Source of the DNA: Octopus vulgaris | Taxonomy: Eukaryota | DNA length: 64,000 nucleotides | Direction: 5' to 3' | NCBI GenBank assembly: GCA_951406725.2 | Contig: OX597819.1 | Coordinates: 86,242,001 to 86,306,000 of the forward strand | Shown: in pieces, positions 1-13,920 of the stretch | Layout: every line of letters begins with the position of its first letter | Position numbering within the stretch: the first letter of the stretch is position 1 | Notes under the pieces: generated by a model | Told to the model about the DNA's origin: nothing | The model's database searches: none | The model's input: the letters and a program-made list of their open reading frames with translations, nothing else | Program-made: the position numbers and the translations under genes

Positions 1-152
1 CAAGGTAATCTTATGCAATACAATAACATGAAAACAAAGTTTGTAGGTTTTTCCTAATATATATGTAGAAACAATAAGACTTTGCTATAGGTCCGTCGTA
101 GCGCTCAAGAGTCAAAATCAAAATCAAAAAATCAAAATACAAAATATATACT

Positions 153-1703
153 CTATCCATATGGTATATTTATATTCGACATTTTAAATTTAGCCGCGTG
201 CCTACATAAGTTCATTAACTCACTTCTTTGATTCAAAGAATTATTGTCTTTGAATAATATGTGCATTTTCTCTAATAAGCAAAGCTTGCACTTGAAATTA
301 TATTTGTAAGCTCCATGCCTGTATGGTGCCGCCCTGTCCAGAATGCTCCATGTCACGTTGAAAGGTGGGGCTTCCTTTTCTTTTAGTTCCCAGACATATT
401 TAGCTAGGCTGGTTTTCTTCCTATTCTCTGGGTATTTAAAAGAATTCTTATGAGAATAAAATCTTGTTTTAAATGAATTTTCTGAAGCCCCTGTGTATGT
501 CTTGTATTCCGATGAGCCTTCCACTTGCACCTTGGCTCTATAAACTACTCCTTTCACTAGACATTTCCCTTCTAACGGACAGGAGCTTTCGTTTTTGAAA
601 TTACATTTCTTAATGGGCTCGGCACCATGTCTAATCTCAATTAGCTTCCTATTATGTTGGCTAATGTAAGAGGCGAAATTTCTGCAACAAGAATAGCTAA
701 CCTTCAGGGTTCTTCTATTAAATATTCTGTAGAATTTATGACCCTGCTTAAAATGCTTAGAGACTAATCTCAAAAATTCCTTACCTATATTAGTCTTTAC
801 GGCCAAATTGAAAGCCGGGTTGAACCACAAAACTTTCCTGGTCCTAGTTCTTCGTGCAGCATTATTATTAGCATTAAGCTGGTTGAACTGGATCTTCTCC
901 GAGAATCCACTATTCTTTAATGCGCTATCGTAATAAGGTGCAGCATTATGGAATGCTGCCTCGTCCGAAGAAATTGAAGATATTCTTCTACCTACATTGC
1001 TGACTAAGTTGCTAAGGATAACTGGTGGATGGTTCGAATCTTTGCTAATATACGATAGCTTTTCATTGGGCTTATGGAAAGGTTTAAATCTATCCGATCT
1101 TACATTAAAATTTACGTCTAAAAAATCTACACTATTCAGGTTAGTATCTATCGTAATCCGTAAGCCCATCCTTTGAAAGAAAGCTATAAGGTCCTTCCTA
1201 AGTCTATCTGATTCATGGCCGTTTAGATTATGCGTGGCTATAAGGCCGTCATCCCTATATAGACCTGCATCTATAAATGGGAATTCTATTTTTAGATTAT
1301 GGAGAATAAAGGCTCCTATGAGCATACATAATTCAGCCCCGTCGTATGCCCCCATCGGTACATCGAAAAGAGAATCCTCAGTCTTCTTAATCCAGGTGGA
1401 ATCCTCGAAAAACAGAAGCGATTTCCTCGCATGCATAATAATTTCAATTTCCGAGCTATCGATGTTGACATACTGCTTGGCGAAGTCCAATGCCCTTAGG
1501 AGCAACGTCCTAGATATCGACGGGTAAAAGTCAATAATGTCGAATTGTGTGAAACTACAATTATTCTTATAGCTAATACCTTTAAACCACTCTATAACTG
1601 ACTTACTATTCTTCCAAATTCTCAAGTCTACTTCACTATCTAACTTAACTAAAATACGGTCTAAAATATTTTTGCCGAAATTAAATGAGTGTAAAGATTC
1701 CAA
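153..1703 (-). mobile_element. Penelope-like element, probably Hydra-type: RT plus C-terminal GIY-YIG endonuclease, 5'-truncated
   Basis: 516-aa ORF with FDIIDFYPSI, FDVPMGAYDGAELC, YRDDGL, Cys-rich linker CNF..CPLEGKC, VVY..YTG GIY-YIG, CKLCLLEK..CRH tail. Confidence 0.9.
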
Positions 1704-3009
1704 GTCCGTTTATTTGCTGATTGAAATATTAGAGTTCTTTAAAAGTGAAGTGAATTCCATTTACCTAAAAAATCATTTGCGTTTTTATGCTTGTTTAAAC
1801 TTAAAAATAGAACACAAAGATAACGATAACTCATTTTTGTTAAAAGCAATCGAGCAAATTTAAAACATATTGATTTTCCACTTCATTTGCAAATACTTTT
1901 CATAGTATGAATTGTCGCAAAACTTAATATAAAAACTAAAGTAAGATTTGGAACTCTAAAATATGCTTGTAACTCAATCTTGCCAATAACACTGAGGATA
2001 AAATACAATTTTCCATTGTGGTTTGCTTATTCATATTTTTATAACTATATTAAAGAAAAATTTGTTTCTATGTCAGTGGTGTTTCCCTTGAAAATACTAC
2101 GTAGTTTCTCTTGAAAATACTACATGTATTTACCGGCTCAACTTTGTTATGGCATAAATTTTGTGTTCTTATATTGAATTTCGAATGAAATTTCACCACG
2201 TATAATTTTTTATTTTTATAAAATAGTACTCAATCAGAGTCATGACTTATTCATAAGGAACGACTTTGAAACTAATGTGAAAAACAGCTGCATATTAATA
2301 TTTTATCGGCTTTGTCGATTTCTAATCTGTACTCCCAAATAGTTTTACGCAGCAGTACACAGGTAAAAATCGTGCAACAGATACAACACAAAGTGTACTC
2401 AGATGTTTCAATTTCCGTATGTTGAAACATCTCGAATATTAGTAGTGAAAGCAGAAACGATTTTAAAATGAAATTCAGTAAAAAGCTTTTTAGGTGACAC
2501 GTTCCTTACACTCATTTTCTGGCAAGTATTCCGAATAACTGTAGAAAGTAATAACTAGTCAGGATAGAAAAGGGATGGGTATAAAAACTATAGAGTCACA
2601 AATACTTGTAAAAGTCCGTTCCTTTTTATTAGCAACAGCAACCATGAGATATCCAACGCTATGAGACTTACTTAATCCCAAGACTTATAGTAAGAACAGT
2701 TACTTATGTGATTACATTAACATTAGTGATGTCATATCATTCTATAAAGGATCAAACTGACTTGGAATCGATGCAGGACATCAACGTGTTTGTTGTTTTT
2801 AGCAACATTTATCTCTTCAGATTTATCATTTCTGTTTTTTCTTTATTAAACAGTCTGAAAATATTGTACGTACTGAAGAAAATGTGATTGATTTCATGCA
2901 TAAGTGAAAAGAACACGGTAGACTTGTGTAGTTTTTCAAAAAATGCAATGACAGTTGGAAATTTTGAGAATTTCGAAAGGAAATTTAAAAACCACCCCAA
3001 AACTAATGT

Positions 3010-3900
3010 CAAATATGTGAACTAATTTGATCCAGCACACTGGTCAGATGAATTATCACTTGTAGATACCGATCACATTATTACGAATGAAACACATCCC
3101 ATTTGTGTAGTTTTTCAAAAAATGCAATGAAATGTAGTTTCTATGAGACCATAATGTATAGGAAAATCACCAACAGTGGAAGTTATCTTTGAGGGAACTT
3201 TATCCCGAAAGAGATCATTAAATTTACTGCTTTGTACATTTTTTTTTAGCTTTTAAGAAAAAAACATTTGTTAAGGAAAATTTTGGAATACATAACTCGA
3301 AAAATGTTCATTGATATTTACAGCTACACGAGAAATGCATACATCTTCTAAATGTTTTAAGATGTGGTTTAAGACATTCTCATTGCAGACCTATTGAACT
3401 ATATTGATAAGGTGACGCATTCATGACGGAAAAATGAGATCATTGCTATAAAGTTTTCGAATGTTTAATAAACATCTCTGTACTTAGCTAACAAGAGTTT
3501 GGCTTTCAGGGGAACTTCAAACACATCATTTAAATTTTACATCAGATATTTGTAGAACATTTTTCGCTATTTGGAAAATTTGATCTGACAATGAACAAAC
3601 ATTTACGTCGGGTTGTGTCTAAAGTAATCACTTTCATTCATTATGGTGGGAAAAATGTTTAGAATGAAATATCGATCTACTGGGAAATGCTGTTCAGGAA
3701 AATATTTTAAACCGAGCTAAAGAAGCCAAATATTAGAGCCTTCTGTTAGACTATATGCTGGTATAAGTCATGTGAATCAGCTTTCACTTACAATGTGCTT
3801 TCAAATGTAGAAGACATTTCAAGGGAGGAACACATTTTGTTGACAACACGCCTTCTATTCATACTGCAGAACATGGATAATACGAGAGAATGGAAGTAGA
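3010..3900 (+). pseudogene. Degenerate hAT (ZMYM1/DUF4371-type) transposase remnant
   Basis: Broken frames give FDPAHW, LANKSLAFRG, LLGNAVQENILNRAKEAKY, ISHVNQLSLT; many stops and frameshifts. Confidence 0.75.
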
Positions 3901-3922
3901 CTTGTTAGAGGAAAGTAGGGGT

Positions 3923-4715
3923 CTTTGTGGTTTTCGTGTTTACAATTTGGTTCCGGTTGTTTTCAAATTTGGTATATGGATTAAGTTTTGTATACTAATT
4001 ATGAAAATGGAATTCATTTTTCCTATGAATTCATAATTAAAAAGTTATTAGCCTTTACAATTTGCAAAATTTGGGTATTTAGCCAATCAGAGGCGAGTTT
4101 TTTCGACATCACCGTGGAGAAGTATTGTAAATACCACTTCTACAATTGTTTGTTTTCATAACAAGTGGAACTCTCACTCAACAAATTGAAAGTACCTGGC
4201 CATGGTTGACTCTTATCTTTGTGAATTCATGTGGAGAAGGAGATACAAGAAAGATATTTTTTTGTATTGCAAGCATTTGTTCTTGAATTTTTTTAACTAA
4301 TAAAATTCTAGCAGCTCTTGTTGGTTGTTTGTTCGTAGCTTTTAAATATTTAATTTGCTTGCGAATGTTTTAATGTTAATTTTACCCTTGTATATTTAAC
4401 GTTTTAACTGTTATTTCTAGCAACTCCTGTTGGTTTGTTCGTACCTTTTAAATATTCAATTTGCTCGCGAACTAGTTTAATGTGTTGAAATGCCGATGCC
4501 CCACCCCCGATGATGGAAGAGGCAGCGAATGCGCTGTTTTCTGATCGGCTGAAAATTCTGAAAATTATCAAACTTTGAACACCTGTAACGTTTTTGCAAA
4601 ATTCTTCTAGAATAAATAAATAACAAATTTAGATTCAGCGGCAAAAATTACATTTATATGACAAGTTAAAAGATTTTTTTAAAGATAATTGTAAACAGTG
4701 ACGAAGACCACAAAG
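3923..4715. mobile_element. MITE / non-autonomous DNA transposon with about 28-bp TIRs
   Basis: ctttgtggttttcgtgtttacaatt at 3923 vs aattgtaaacagtgacgaagaccacaaag ending 4715; subterminal inverted agccaatcaga/tctgatcggct; internal ~105-bp tandem duplication at about 4305-4480. Confidence 0.75.
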
Positions 4716-4869
4716 TACGACTATTGAGTTGTTTTGACTCTTATTTCTAGCCATGCTGGCACTATTCAGTATCCTCTGTCACTTTAGTGATGCCTACAAA
4801 TTTGGTTTTAGTTTGTCAAATTGTTAATGAGCCACCAATATTATTTGTTATATATATATATATATATAT

Positions 4870-5025
4870 ACAACGGGCTTCTTTCAGTTTCCATCTACCA
4901 ATTCCTCTCACAAGGCTTTGGTCGTTTCGGGGCTATAGCAGAAGACACCTGCCTAAGGTGCCACGCAGTGAGACTGAATCCGGAACCATATGGCTGGGAA
5001 GTAAGCTTCTTACCACACAGCTACG
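4870..5025 (-). mobile_element. tRNA-derived SINE 5' half (family with ggctgtgtggtaag head)
   Basis: Reverse complement matches the full copy at 60053-60446. Confidence 0.8.
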
Positions 5026-5221
5026 GACTCATTTATAAATGTAATGCAACCCATGTAAATCGTTCCGAGTATCCCACCGGTTGTTCTAGAGAAATGAAAA
5101 ATTTTCATTGTGCACCTATGATTCATAGATCTTTGCTCTTTCTCTCTCTCTCTCTCTCTCAGAGCCCTCCTCTTCCTCTTCCTCCTCTCTCTCTCTCTCT
5201 CTCAGCATCCTTCTCTTCCTC

Positions 5222-5260
<39 letters not shown>

Positions 5261-6449
5261 TTCCACACATACACAGATATATTCGTACATAGATGTATAC
5301 ATATCTACTTATATACAAATATACATGCATACGTATGTACACATATTCATGCATGCAAGTCATTTATATAAGTAAAATATTCTTGTAGTACTCTACAATC
5401 TTTAGAAGGAATCGTGTATATTGATTTCTTATTTAGATATGATTTGTTAAATTTAAATAGACAGGTAAAAAGATCTAGATATTCATACCACTTTACAGGA
5501 AAGTTACAAATATTTCCGTAGGTTTGTTTTTATTGTAAGTGAATTTACATCATTTACGATGCAAAGTAGGTCAAGGACAAGGCTATTACGTGAGCCTTCT
5601 TTTGACCTACTTAACGAACCCGCATAATGATACACGAATCAATAAAAGAAACAGTACGTGCTCGTTTGTCCTACTAAAAACGCCAGCCGAAGTTTCCATA
5701 ATTTCCCTTCTCCTGTCTTAGAAAAGGAAATGCATGTTGAAAAATATGCGAGATGGCATAGTTCTAGAATCTTTTTCATTATAGGTCTGTTCGGTTAGTG
5801 CTAACCTGAGGCAAAGCAGTAATATACAATGCGACGTATTCGTAAAATTGACATTTCTGAGCAGATTTTCTGTTCTCACAGTTTTCTTTCTCTTCCTTTC
5901 TTTGAGAATGTCTTATTTGAATATGTTCAGCATCTGTCAGTTAATATAAGATAACTTATACGAACTGTCTAATAACTTCCTAAGAAAGTTATTACAACAT
6001 GTAACGCGATGATGTAAAAATAACTTATGTTGTTTAGACACTAAGTCTTTTAGTAAACATGTACTAGGTAAACTTGCTGAGATTACATTGCTTATCATTC
6101 TAAAACGCCGAGGAAAAACAGGTTTCTGAATCTAATGCAAGGGTTTCTAATCGACCATTCAGAATAGCGGTCATATTCCCTTAAAATTACACGCTACTGT
6201 CTTAACAAAAGAAAGAATATTTTGGCATTTTGGATACATATAATTCCGGAAATACAAAACGTTAGGAAGGTCTTTGTTGTAACGACTAACACTAACCTTA
6301 GGTTAACCAGCGGTAACAACAACAGGGTTCTGTTTTATTGTGCGTAAATACCTTCTAATTCAGGGGAGGTGTAAAATAGGAAATTATAAACATATTTCTT
6401 TAAGGCATTGATAAGCTTGTATCAACTCAGCATTGAAATTAGAGTGGTT

Positions 6450-8450
6450 TCTCCATTCACTTGGAGCGTGAGTTTTGCCAGATGACAACTGGACAGAAGA
6501 CAAATAATCATTTATCCAGTTCGGGGACTAGATTGACAATGTGTTCAAAACAATCTGTTAAAACTAAATCTAAGCTAATGAAATTCGACATCACCGGTTC
6601 CCTGCTCGGGGAATTCTTAAACTTTGTCATTACTTATTGGGAATAGCCGAAGAATGTCATGTTTGAGCCTTGTCAAGAAAACCGCGGCTTTTAAATAATG
6701 AAAATATCAAGATTGGTGTCATTAAAATTATAAAGTAAAACAACTCATTGACACTGAAAGGGAAGCCTTCCTCGACTTCTAAAAATAATAACTCGATCTG
6801 AAGCCCCCCAAAAAATTTGCTTCAAGAACTGAAAAATGCACCTTTAGAAGAGAACTCGAAGCCTAGAAAACGACTGGTGACACAACAAATGACATATAAA
6901 CCCTTGCTGATATAAACGACACTAGAAGGCTATTTCCAGTACATCCACATCTGATCCATCTACTTATGGCTTAGTACTTGTTGACGAAATGAACATCTGT
7001 TTGAAAAGACTACTTTATAACATATTAAATCATCCCCCTTTAATCATTGGCATGAAGTTCTCGGTTTCCTCCCAAATCAAGAGAATGGTATAAACCTGAG
7101 AAAAATCTTATCAAGTAAAATAGCTTTCTCATCCTCAAAAGTCTGAAGGATAACAAACCAGCTGGAATCAATAGCATTCTGCTTAAGTCTTCATTGAAGG
7201 AGGGATCCTTATCAATGACCTAGTTTATAAACTTTTCATTAAGATCAGAGCCCAAGATCATCAAGATCTAAACCTAAAGCAAATCACACACGATCTCAAA
7301 CAGGCAATGACTGTTACCATCTGTAAAAACAAAAGAAATGAATTAGACTGCAGACATTATCGTGAGATAATGGAGGAACGACTGATATGATCTAACACTC
7401 CATCTGGCCTTCTTAGACCTATCGAATATTTTTGATAATGTTTACCTTGGTTCTCTCTTGCGCATACTTGCAGTAGTTTGTTGTCGAAGAAATTCAAAAC
7501 ATTATAAGGCTTCTTCATGATGACATATCTGCAAACGTTGTTTCCAGTGGTAGAGCATCTGAGCCTTTCCAAGTTCTACCATTGCACATTTTGTAATTGT
7601 TGAATTCATCATCATGGCCATGCAACACATTATCTACAGGTAACCCTATTAGCTTTAAAATCGTCTGACAACCTATGGAAAATTTTTCGATATCAGATGA
7701 CTCAAACCCAAGAGCATATTTGCTGCTTAACTTTCAGTAAACTCATAGAAAAGCACAGAGACCATCCTCCTAACATACGAAGATAAACCTGAAGAGGACT
7801 CAGATTTTGCACTTATCTTCATCTATAGACATCAGACTCCTGAATATATTTCGCTCTAGAGTACCACTTTGAACCATACATTAATAGTTGCTTGCAAGGC
7901 CTTAGCTATTCAGTTCTTTACTACAGATTTGAAGTGTTGACAACCAATTGCAGACCTCTGAAAAAGTTTGGAACGTTGCGCTATCTTTAGAATATTATTA
8001 AAATCAGCTTGACTGGCTCATTCGGACGATCATCAGTGACCTTATCTAAGCAAAAACGGAAAAAAAAAGAAACAAATAAAAGCACTGAAGTAACTGCTGT
8101 CATTTGTCAACTCAAATGTACAGATTAGTCCATACTTTCCAAGACGAGTCTTTCATTTCCGACTGAAAGAAGGAAAACTGTAAAAGAACGGCAGCAACCA
8201 CCCTACAACCCTTAAAATACCTGTTGACATAGAATCAGAGAAACTGGGCAAAACTGAAGAAAAAAAACCAAGAAAAAAACTGGAGACAGACAACCCAAAT
8301 TGAACATTTTGAAGAGTAGAGTTCTAGCAAGCAGGCAAGGCACTTAACAGTGCCTTGCCTGCTGCTGGCTATGGTCATTCAATATTTCCAATGATGATCA
8401 TTATTTGTGTCCAATGCGAAAAGAAATTGCGCAAGAAATTCGTTATTTGG
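6450..8450 (+). pseudogene. Highly degenerate LINE (RTE-like) ORF2 remnant
   Basis: AFLDLSNIFDNV-like RT motif near 7407-7443, C-terminal CxxC remnant near 8410; many stops. Confidence 0.55.
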
Positions 8451-9959
8451 ATATCAGTGAATCTACAGCACAAGGGAGACGATAATTTTCATCTAGGGAT
8501 AGCTAAAACGACTACTCCCAGGTAAAATATTATAAACAATGGCTATACTGTATGTAACTAATATTTATTTTATTAATTCCAATGAAAATGCGAAGTTGGA
8601 ATGTACAAGGATAAAACTCTATATTATAACTCATGGAGAGAAGTGTTCACTGTTTTCGCTGTCAACGCCAAACGTTTTATTGAATTTTGTTATATTTAAA
8701 TATTTTTATAAGGTATAGTGAACGTATGCAAAAACGGCTGAAAACAAAACATGGAATCGTCTCACTAGGACCAAGTTACCCTCTTAGGTGTATAAAGATA
8801 GAGATGTAATTAAGCAGTTTGATTCACACGGTTTTGTGTCGATCGTTCGCTGCCACGGGGACGCTCGCATCTCATCTAACGTGGGGGACACCAACCACAC
8901 GACCCTCTCTACAAAAAACCGCATCATCATCATCAACAACAACTACCAGCCAACATTAGTGAGACAGAAAGTGTGTCTACCCATTTTGTTCCGGTTATAG
9001 TACCACATTGTTCGTGCCCATAACGGCAAGGTAATCAAACAATGATAGCAAAAGCCGCTGCTGCTGACTCAAAGCATAGGCAGTCAGTTAAACGATAACG
9101 ACCGAACGCCTATTTCAGTTAAAGATGATTGCGGTCACTTAAGTACTCGAGAAAGTTAGCTATATGATCACTCGATCTACAGGAAATAACATCCAAATCT
9201 TTCCTAGAATCACACACTACTCTCTTAAAAAAAGAAGGGCACATTAAACAAGATGTTCATAAATATACAGAACAAAGGGATGACTAGTGTTAGAATCCTT
9301 TTGATCCTTCGGAATAAGCCTTCCGACTAGTGCTGATATGTGGCTAAACAAAAACAAAACCTAGTAAAAAGGCAATCTATCCAACTTTGCCTGTAGACGT
9401 ACTGAAAACAAAAATGCGTAACGTCGATGTTGTTCGTGTTGATGCGTGTTTCTACTGCCAAAATCTCATGCTACAACACAGGCAGCCCATCAATCTGGTT
9501 TTCCTAAAGAATCCTTCTTTTTAAAGTCCGGTTCGATTTTAACGTTGATCTTAACTTACACTGGGGATATCGGAGAAAAGATGTACGCTATGGAGACCTG
9601 ATGCGTATGGTCAGTACCTATCACCTTGAAAACTGCAAATTATTACGGTGATGGATTTCTTCAGAGTCACAGCAAGTGCCCTGCACACAATTCGAGGAAA
9701 AGAACTCTGAGCTTCTAGCCTTTCTCAACGAGTTAGAAATTACACACAGTATTATTTTTTCAAGTCTCAATCTCTTCCATCTCTTTTTTAGAAACATTAA
9801 GGCTAAAATCCTTTTTATCAAGTTAGCATGTTCATCTATCTGGATTGATTATGGATTAAACAATAACCACAAAATATTGATTAGATGTAAGGCCAAACCT
9901 CGCACAGATTAGTCTAAACTTGATAAAAATTGATGTAATATTATTGGTTGTTTTTTAAA

Positions 9960-10275
9960 AGCCGAGGTCGACTTTGCCTTTCATCCTTTTGGGGTCGATT
10001 AAATAAGTACCAGTTACGCATTGGGGTCGATATAATCGACTTAATCCGTTGGTTTGTCTTTGTTTGTCCTCCTTGTGTTTAGTTCCTTGTGGGTAGTAAA
10101 GAAATAGGTATTTCCTCTATCTTTCCGTTCTGAGTTTAAATTCCGCCGAGATCGACTTTGCCTTTCCACCTTTCAGGGTCGATAAATTAAGTACCAGTTG
10201 CGAATTGGGGTCGATCTAATCGACTGGTCCCCTCTCCCAAAATGTCGGGCCTTGTGCCTTGAGTTGAAAAGAATG
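9960..10275 (+). mobile_element. SINE with tandem central domain (gaggtcgactttgcctttcatcctttcggggtcgataaattaagtacc family)
   Basis: Two tandem copies of the domain also present at 20305, 53900 and 57972. Confidence 0.85.
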
Positions 10276-10364
10276 TTACAAGACATTTATATTGGCTCTT
10301 AAACTTATCATTTTATTTCCAACAATAATCTCTGAAATCAGTCTTGATAAAGTGTAATACTTAC

Positions 10365-10598
10365 ATGAAAACGAAACAACCAAGGGTATCGGTAAACTTA
10401 TTCGGCTTGGGGGCTGATCAATTTCCATTACGCTGTTGACAGCTGACGACAGTTTCACCAGACATCGGTACACCCCATGATCGGCGATAGAAACTTCCGC
10501 AAAATACAAACGTCCATTGGAAGATATGAACATGTATTTCTGTTTAGTAGGTCGAACAAAATTCTCAGCATCTCCTTTAACCCATTGGTAGGTGATTC
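10365..10598 (-). CDS. Cont: Contactin-like exon 9, Ig2 (ITYQWVKG..FISSNGRLYFAEVSIADHGVYRCLV..IPLVVSFS); no further exon found, gene presumably continues beyond position 1
   Basis: FISxxGxLYFxEVxxxDxGxYxC motif typical of the contactin/L1-family Ig2; aaag| acceptor, T|GTAAGT donor. Confidence 0.92.
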
Positions 10599-10815
10599 CT
10601 TTTATGGATGTTGAATAAAAAATGAAGTCCGTGTCACATTAAAATCAATTTAGCATGTACATATAAATTTGTTTACTTAACTGAATGGTTTTTTAAAGCA
10701 TTCTCGAATTGATTGATAGATCAATAGATTAATCTCAGTATTTGTATGTATTAATATATTAATGATTTACATTTATTAAAGGACAAGCAATATAAATGAG
10801 GTTCTATTTTACTAT

Positions 10816-11207
10816 CTTAGAGAAGCACTCCGTCGGTTACGACGACGAGGGTTCCGGTTGATCCGATCAACGGAACAGCCTGCTCGTGAAATTAACGTGT
10901 AAGTGGCTGAGCACTCCACAGACACGTGTACCCATAACGTAGTTCTCGGGGATATTCAGCGTGATACAGAGAGTGACAAGGCCGGCCCTTTGAAATACAG
11001 GTACAACAGAAACAGGAAGTAAGAGTGAGAGAAAGTTGTGGTGAAAGAGTACAGCAGGGATCACCACCATCCCTGCCGGAGCCTCGTGGAGCTTTAGGTG
11101 TTTTCGCTCAATAAACACTGACAACGCCCGCCCGGTCTGGGAATCGAAACCGCGATCCTACGACCGCGAGTCCGCTGCCCTAACCACTGGGCCATTGCGC
11201 CTCCACC
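10816..11207 (-). mobile_element. Full-length tRNA-derived SINE (resembles octopus OR-type) with 12-bp TSD
   Basis: Pol III A box tggcccagtgg and B box ggtttcgattccc on the minus strand; TSD CTATTTTACTAT at 10804-10815 and 11208-11219. Confidence 0.9.
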
Positions 11208-12061
11208 CTATTTTACTATACACATAAGCTATATGCACGTATGTATGCAGTCTATGTGTATGTGCGTGTGTGTGTGTGTGAATGGATTATAGTGTGTATG
11301 TATTCAAGGATGTGGAGAGAATAGTTTCGGAAAATTCACACGACCTGACTTTTTCTCCTTGTAACTATCAGGAAGATGGGTATCTTTTAATGAAAATTAA
11401 TACAAATCCCTTTCAAACAGCAAAGACTATGATTATAAAGAAATTTGTAGGGGAAAATTTTTTCAGGGATTTTTCTTATTCTTTTTAAACGACAGCCCTC
11501 GAAATGATGGGGTTGGGGGGGGGGGGAGCATCTTTGTATGCAAAAAGTTTTGATGATTCCTTTTTTTTTTAAACCTATCTTCCCTCATCATCCTACTCTG
11601 GACCTATTTTGGCCAATATTTTTTGCACTTCGAAATCATGGGAAGAGCATTTTCCTTAAAAAAAATAATAATAAATTGTTGACATTTTCAGTGGGAAAAG
11701 TGATTTAAGGGCAATTTGGCTGTTGTTTCTAGCACATCCAAAGACAACCCTCCTCGTTTTTTATCACTCTCGCTTGTATTGATATTTTTCAATATTTTCT
11801 CTCATAAATATATTAATATGCTTTAAAAAAGAAAATTTGAGAAATTATGAATTTTTTTGCAACCTCACTCCCTGCCCACGATTGTTTCTGTTTAGAAATT
11901 AAAATATTGGAGAGCCTGAGAAGGTCATTGCTGGCATTTACCCACATTTATTTAAAAAAATTACGGAGATGTACTTGATCTGAGATGGTGTGTTGAAACA
12001 AAAACAACTTCAGCGTAGATGTTTGAAAGTCGTTCAAAACCACACAAAAACCGTTAGTTTC

Positions 12062-12239
12062 ACGGCACTACTTAAATACAGACGTCCCGCTTAAATGCAG
12101 AAGTTCCGATGCATCTACGTAACGATATGAAGGAGAGGGTTAGTTTAAGGGTTGGTTAGGGTTAGGGGTAGGGTTAGAGTTAGGGCTAGGGTACATTTAA
12201 AATGTTTTGTATGTAACACCTGTATTTAAGTCGTACTGT
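12062..12239. mobile_element. Short MITE containing degenerate (TTAGGG)n
   Basis: Imperfect TIRs acggcactacttaaatacag / ctgtatttaagtcgtactgt; telomere-like array at about 12136-12191. Confidence 0.7.
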
Positions 12240-13258
12240 TAAGGGACCTCTCACTTCAACATTAGAATTTCATTTGTGTCAAAATATTTTTGTCACTTTG
12301 AAACCGCGACACAAAAGTGATACAGCACGAAGTTTTGTCAGTGAACATCACACATTCACACACATTCATTGCATTTCATTTGTGTGCATGTGCATCTATG
12401 TGAATAAAGTGAATAAGGTGCATCTCTGTGAATAAAGTGCAAGTTTCAATACTTGTCGGTAACTTTTGTTTCTCCTCGTCTTCTTATAATAATTACCCAA
12501 CTTTCTAGGCTCTTCTCAGAGCTATCTCGCGCTCAAAAATTATACGGGTATTTTAAAACATTTTCATTCGTTAAATAATGATTTTACATTACCTATACAT
12601 TAATAGAATAATCTATCGGTTTTCCTAATAGCGAACTAAAACTTAAAAGAGAAAGTGAGAGACTTTCCAAATGAAAATGGAATACTCTACAGTGAATATT
12701 TAAATTTGTGAAGAATAGGATGCTGTGAAAGCAAATAACATTTATATTTGCGAGAAATTGGAGTTTAAAAAATTCATTAAACTTGAAAAATCAAAAGTAT
12801 AGAAAATTTCTTACAATATGAATTTGTAAAAATATTTCCAGACAGTCAACACTTTAATAATTGCTTTCTTTTAGTACTTTTAGTAATTGTTACATATGTG
12901 ATTAATAAGCAAATTTCTCCATTATAGTATAGATAGATACATATTATATACATTACGCGCAAACACATATATATACATACAAATATATATATCCATACAT
13001 ATATACATACATACAAATACATACATATATATAGATATATATATATTCATACAAACAAATATATATATATATTTAAGATACCATATACAAATTGAGATAG
13101 GGGTTGTAAATGCAACCCTCCATGGGATAACATATATCCAATATACTGCTAGTGAAGTACTCAACAAAGTTAATACATAAATGTTAATGATTGCGATGCA
13201 ATCAATTCATTTACTGTATTATATGGGCAAAGGTAAAAAGATTTACCACAAATTACTA

Positions 13259-13533
13259 ATACAAGATAAGAAAATGGAGAAATACATCTAAATCAAATAT
13301 CAATTACCAGATAATACTCAATCACATACTTTATTAAACCACCACATAAGAGACTGTAGGGTTAAATATAAAAAGTAGAACAAATCAGTGTACATGAAGG
13401 AATGTACATAAAAAAGTGTACATAAAAGAGTAATGTTGTATAATAAGTAGAATATATATAAAGTATGTGATTGAGTATTATCTGGTAATTGATATTTGAT
13501 TTAGATGTATTTCTCCATTTTCTTATCTTGTAT
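13259..13533. repeat. About 75-bp inverted repeat in a TA-tract insertion (probable PLE pLTR remnant)
   Basis: 13259-13334 is the reverse complement of 13459-13533; the insertion is flanked by TA-rich microsatellite. Confidence 0.75.
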
Positions 13534-13764
13534 ATATATATATATTGATTTTTTTCTCTTATCTGATAAGAGAAACAAATCAATCAGAAAGGAACTCTAT
13601 CTTTTGATAAGCATAACAAATGCGCAACCGGTAAAAAGAACTTTCACCTAATTAAATACACTCTCCCTTACTTAAATTATTTTTGTCAGCATTTTCTTCA
13701 TTTCCTTTTTTTATATATCACAACTCGTGCTCCACATCTCCTTTTTTAAATATATATATATATA

Positions 13765-13920
13765 TGGTTGTGTGGTCATAGTCTTGCTTCGCAACCACAT
13801 GGTTCCTGGCTCAATCTCACTGAGTGGCACCTTGGGCCAGTATCTTCTACTATAGCCTTGGTCCGACCAAAGCCTTGTGAGTGAATTTGGTAGTTAGAAA
13901 CTGAAAGAATCCCGTCGTAT
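13765..13920 (+). mobile_element. SINE 5' half
   Basis: Matches the head of the 60053 family. Confidence 0.8.

Noticed and set aside
1800-10270. Next contactin exon (Ig3)
   Set aside because: No phase-1 exon with an Ig motif found by eye; probably outside the window
9960-10275. Recurrent gtcgac/gtcgat repeats resembling a CRISPR array
   Set aside because: Internal repeats of a dispersed SINE; eukaryotic context, no regular spacers or cas genes
11130-11207. tRNA-like sequence (also other SINE heads)
   Set aside because: Part of SINEs with body and TSD; no complete cloverleaf
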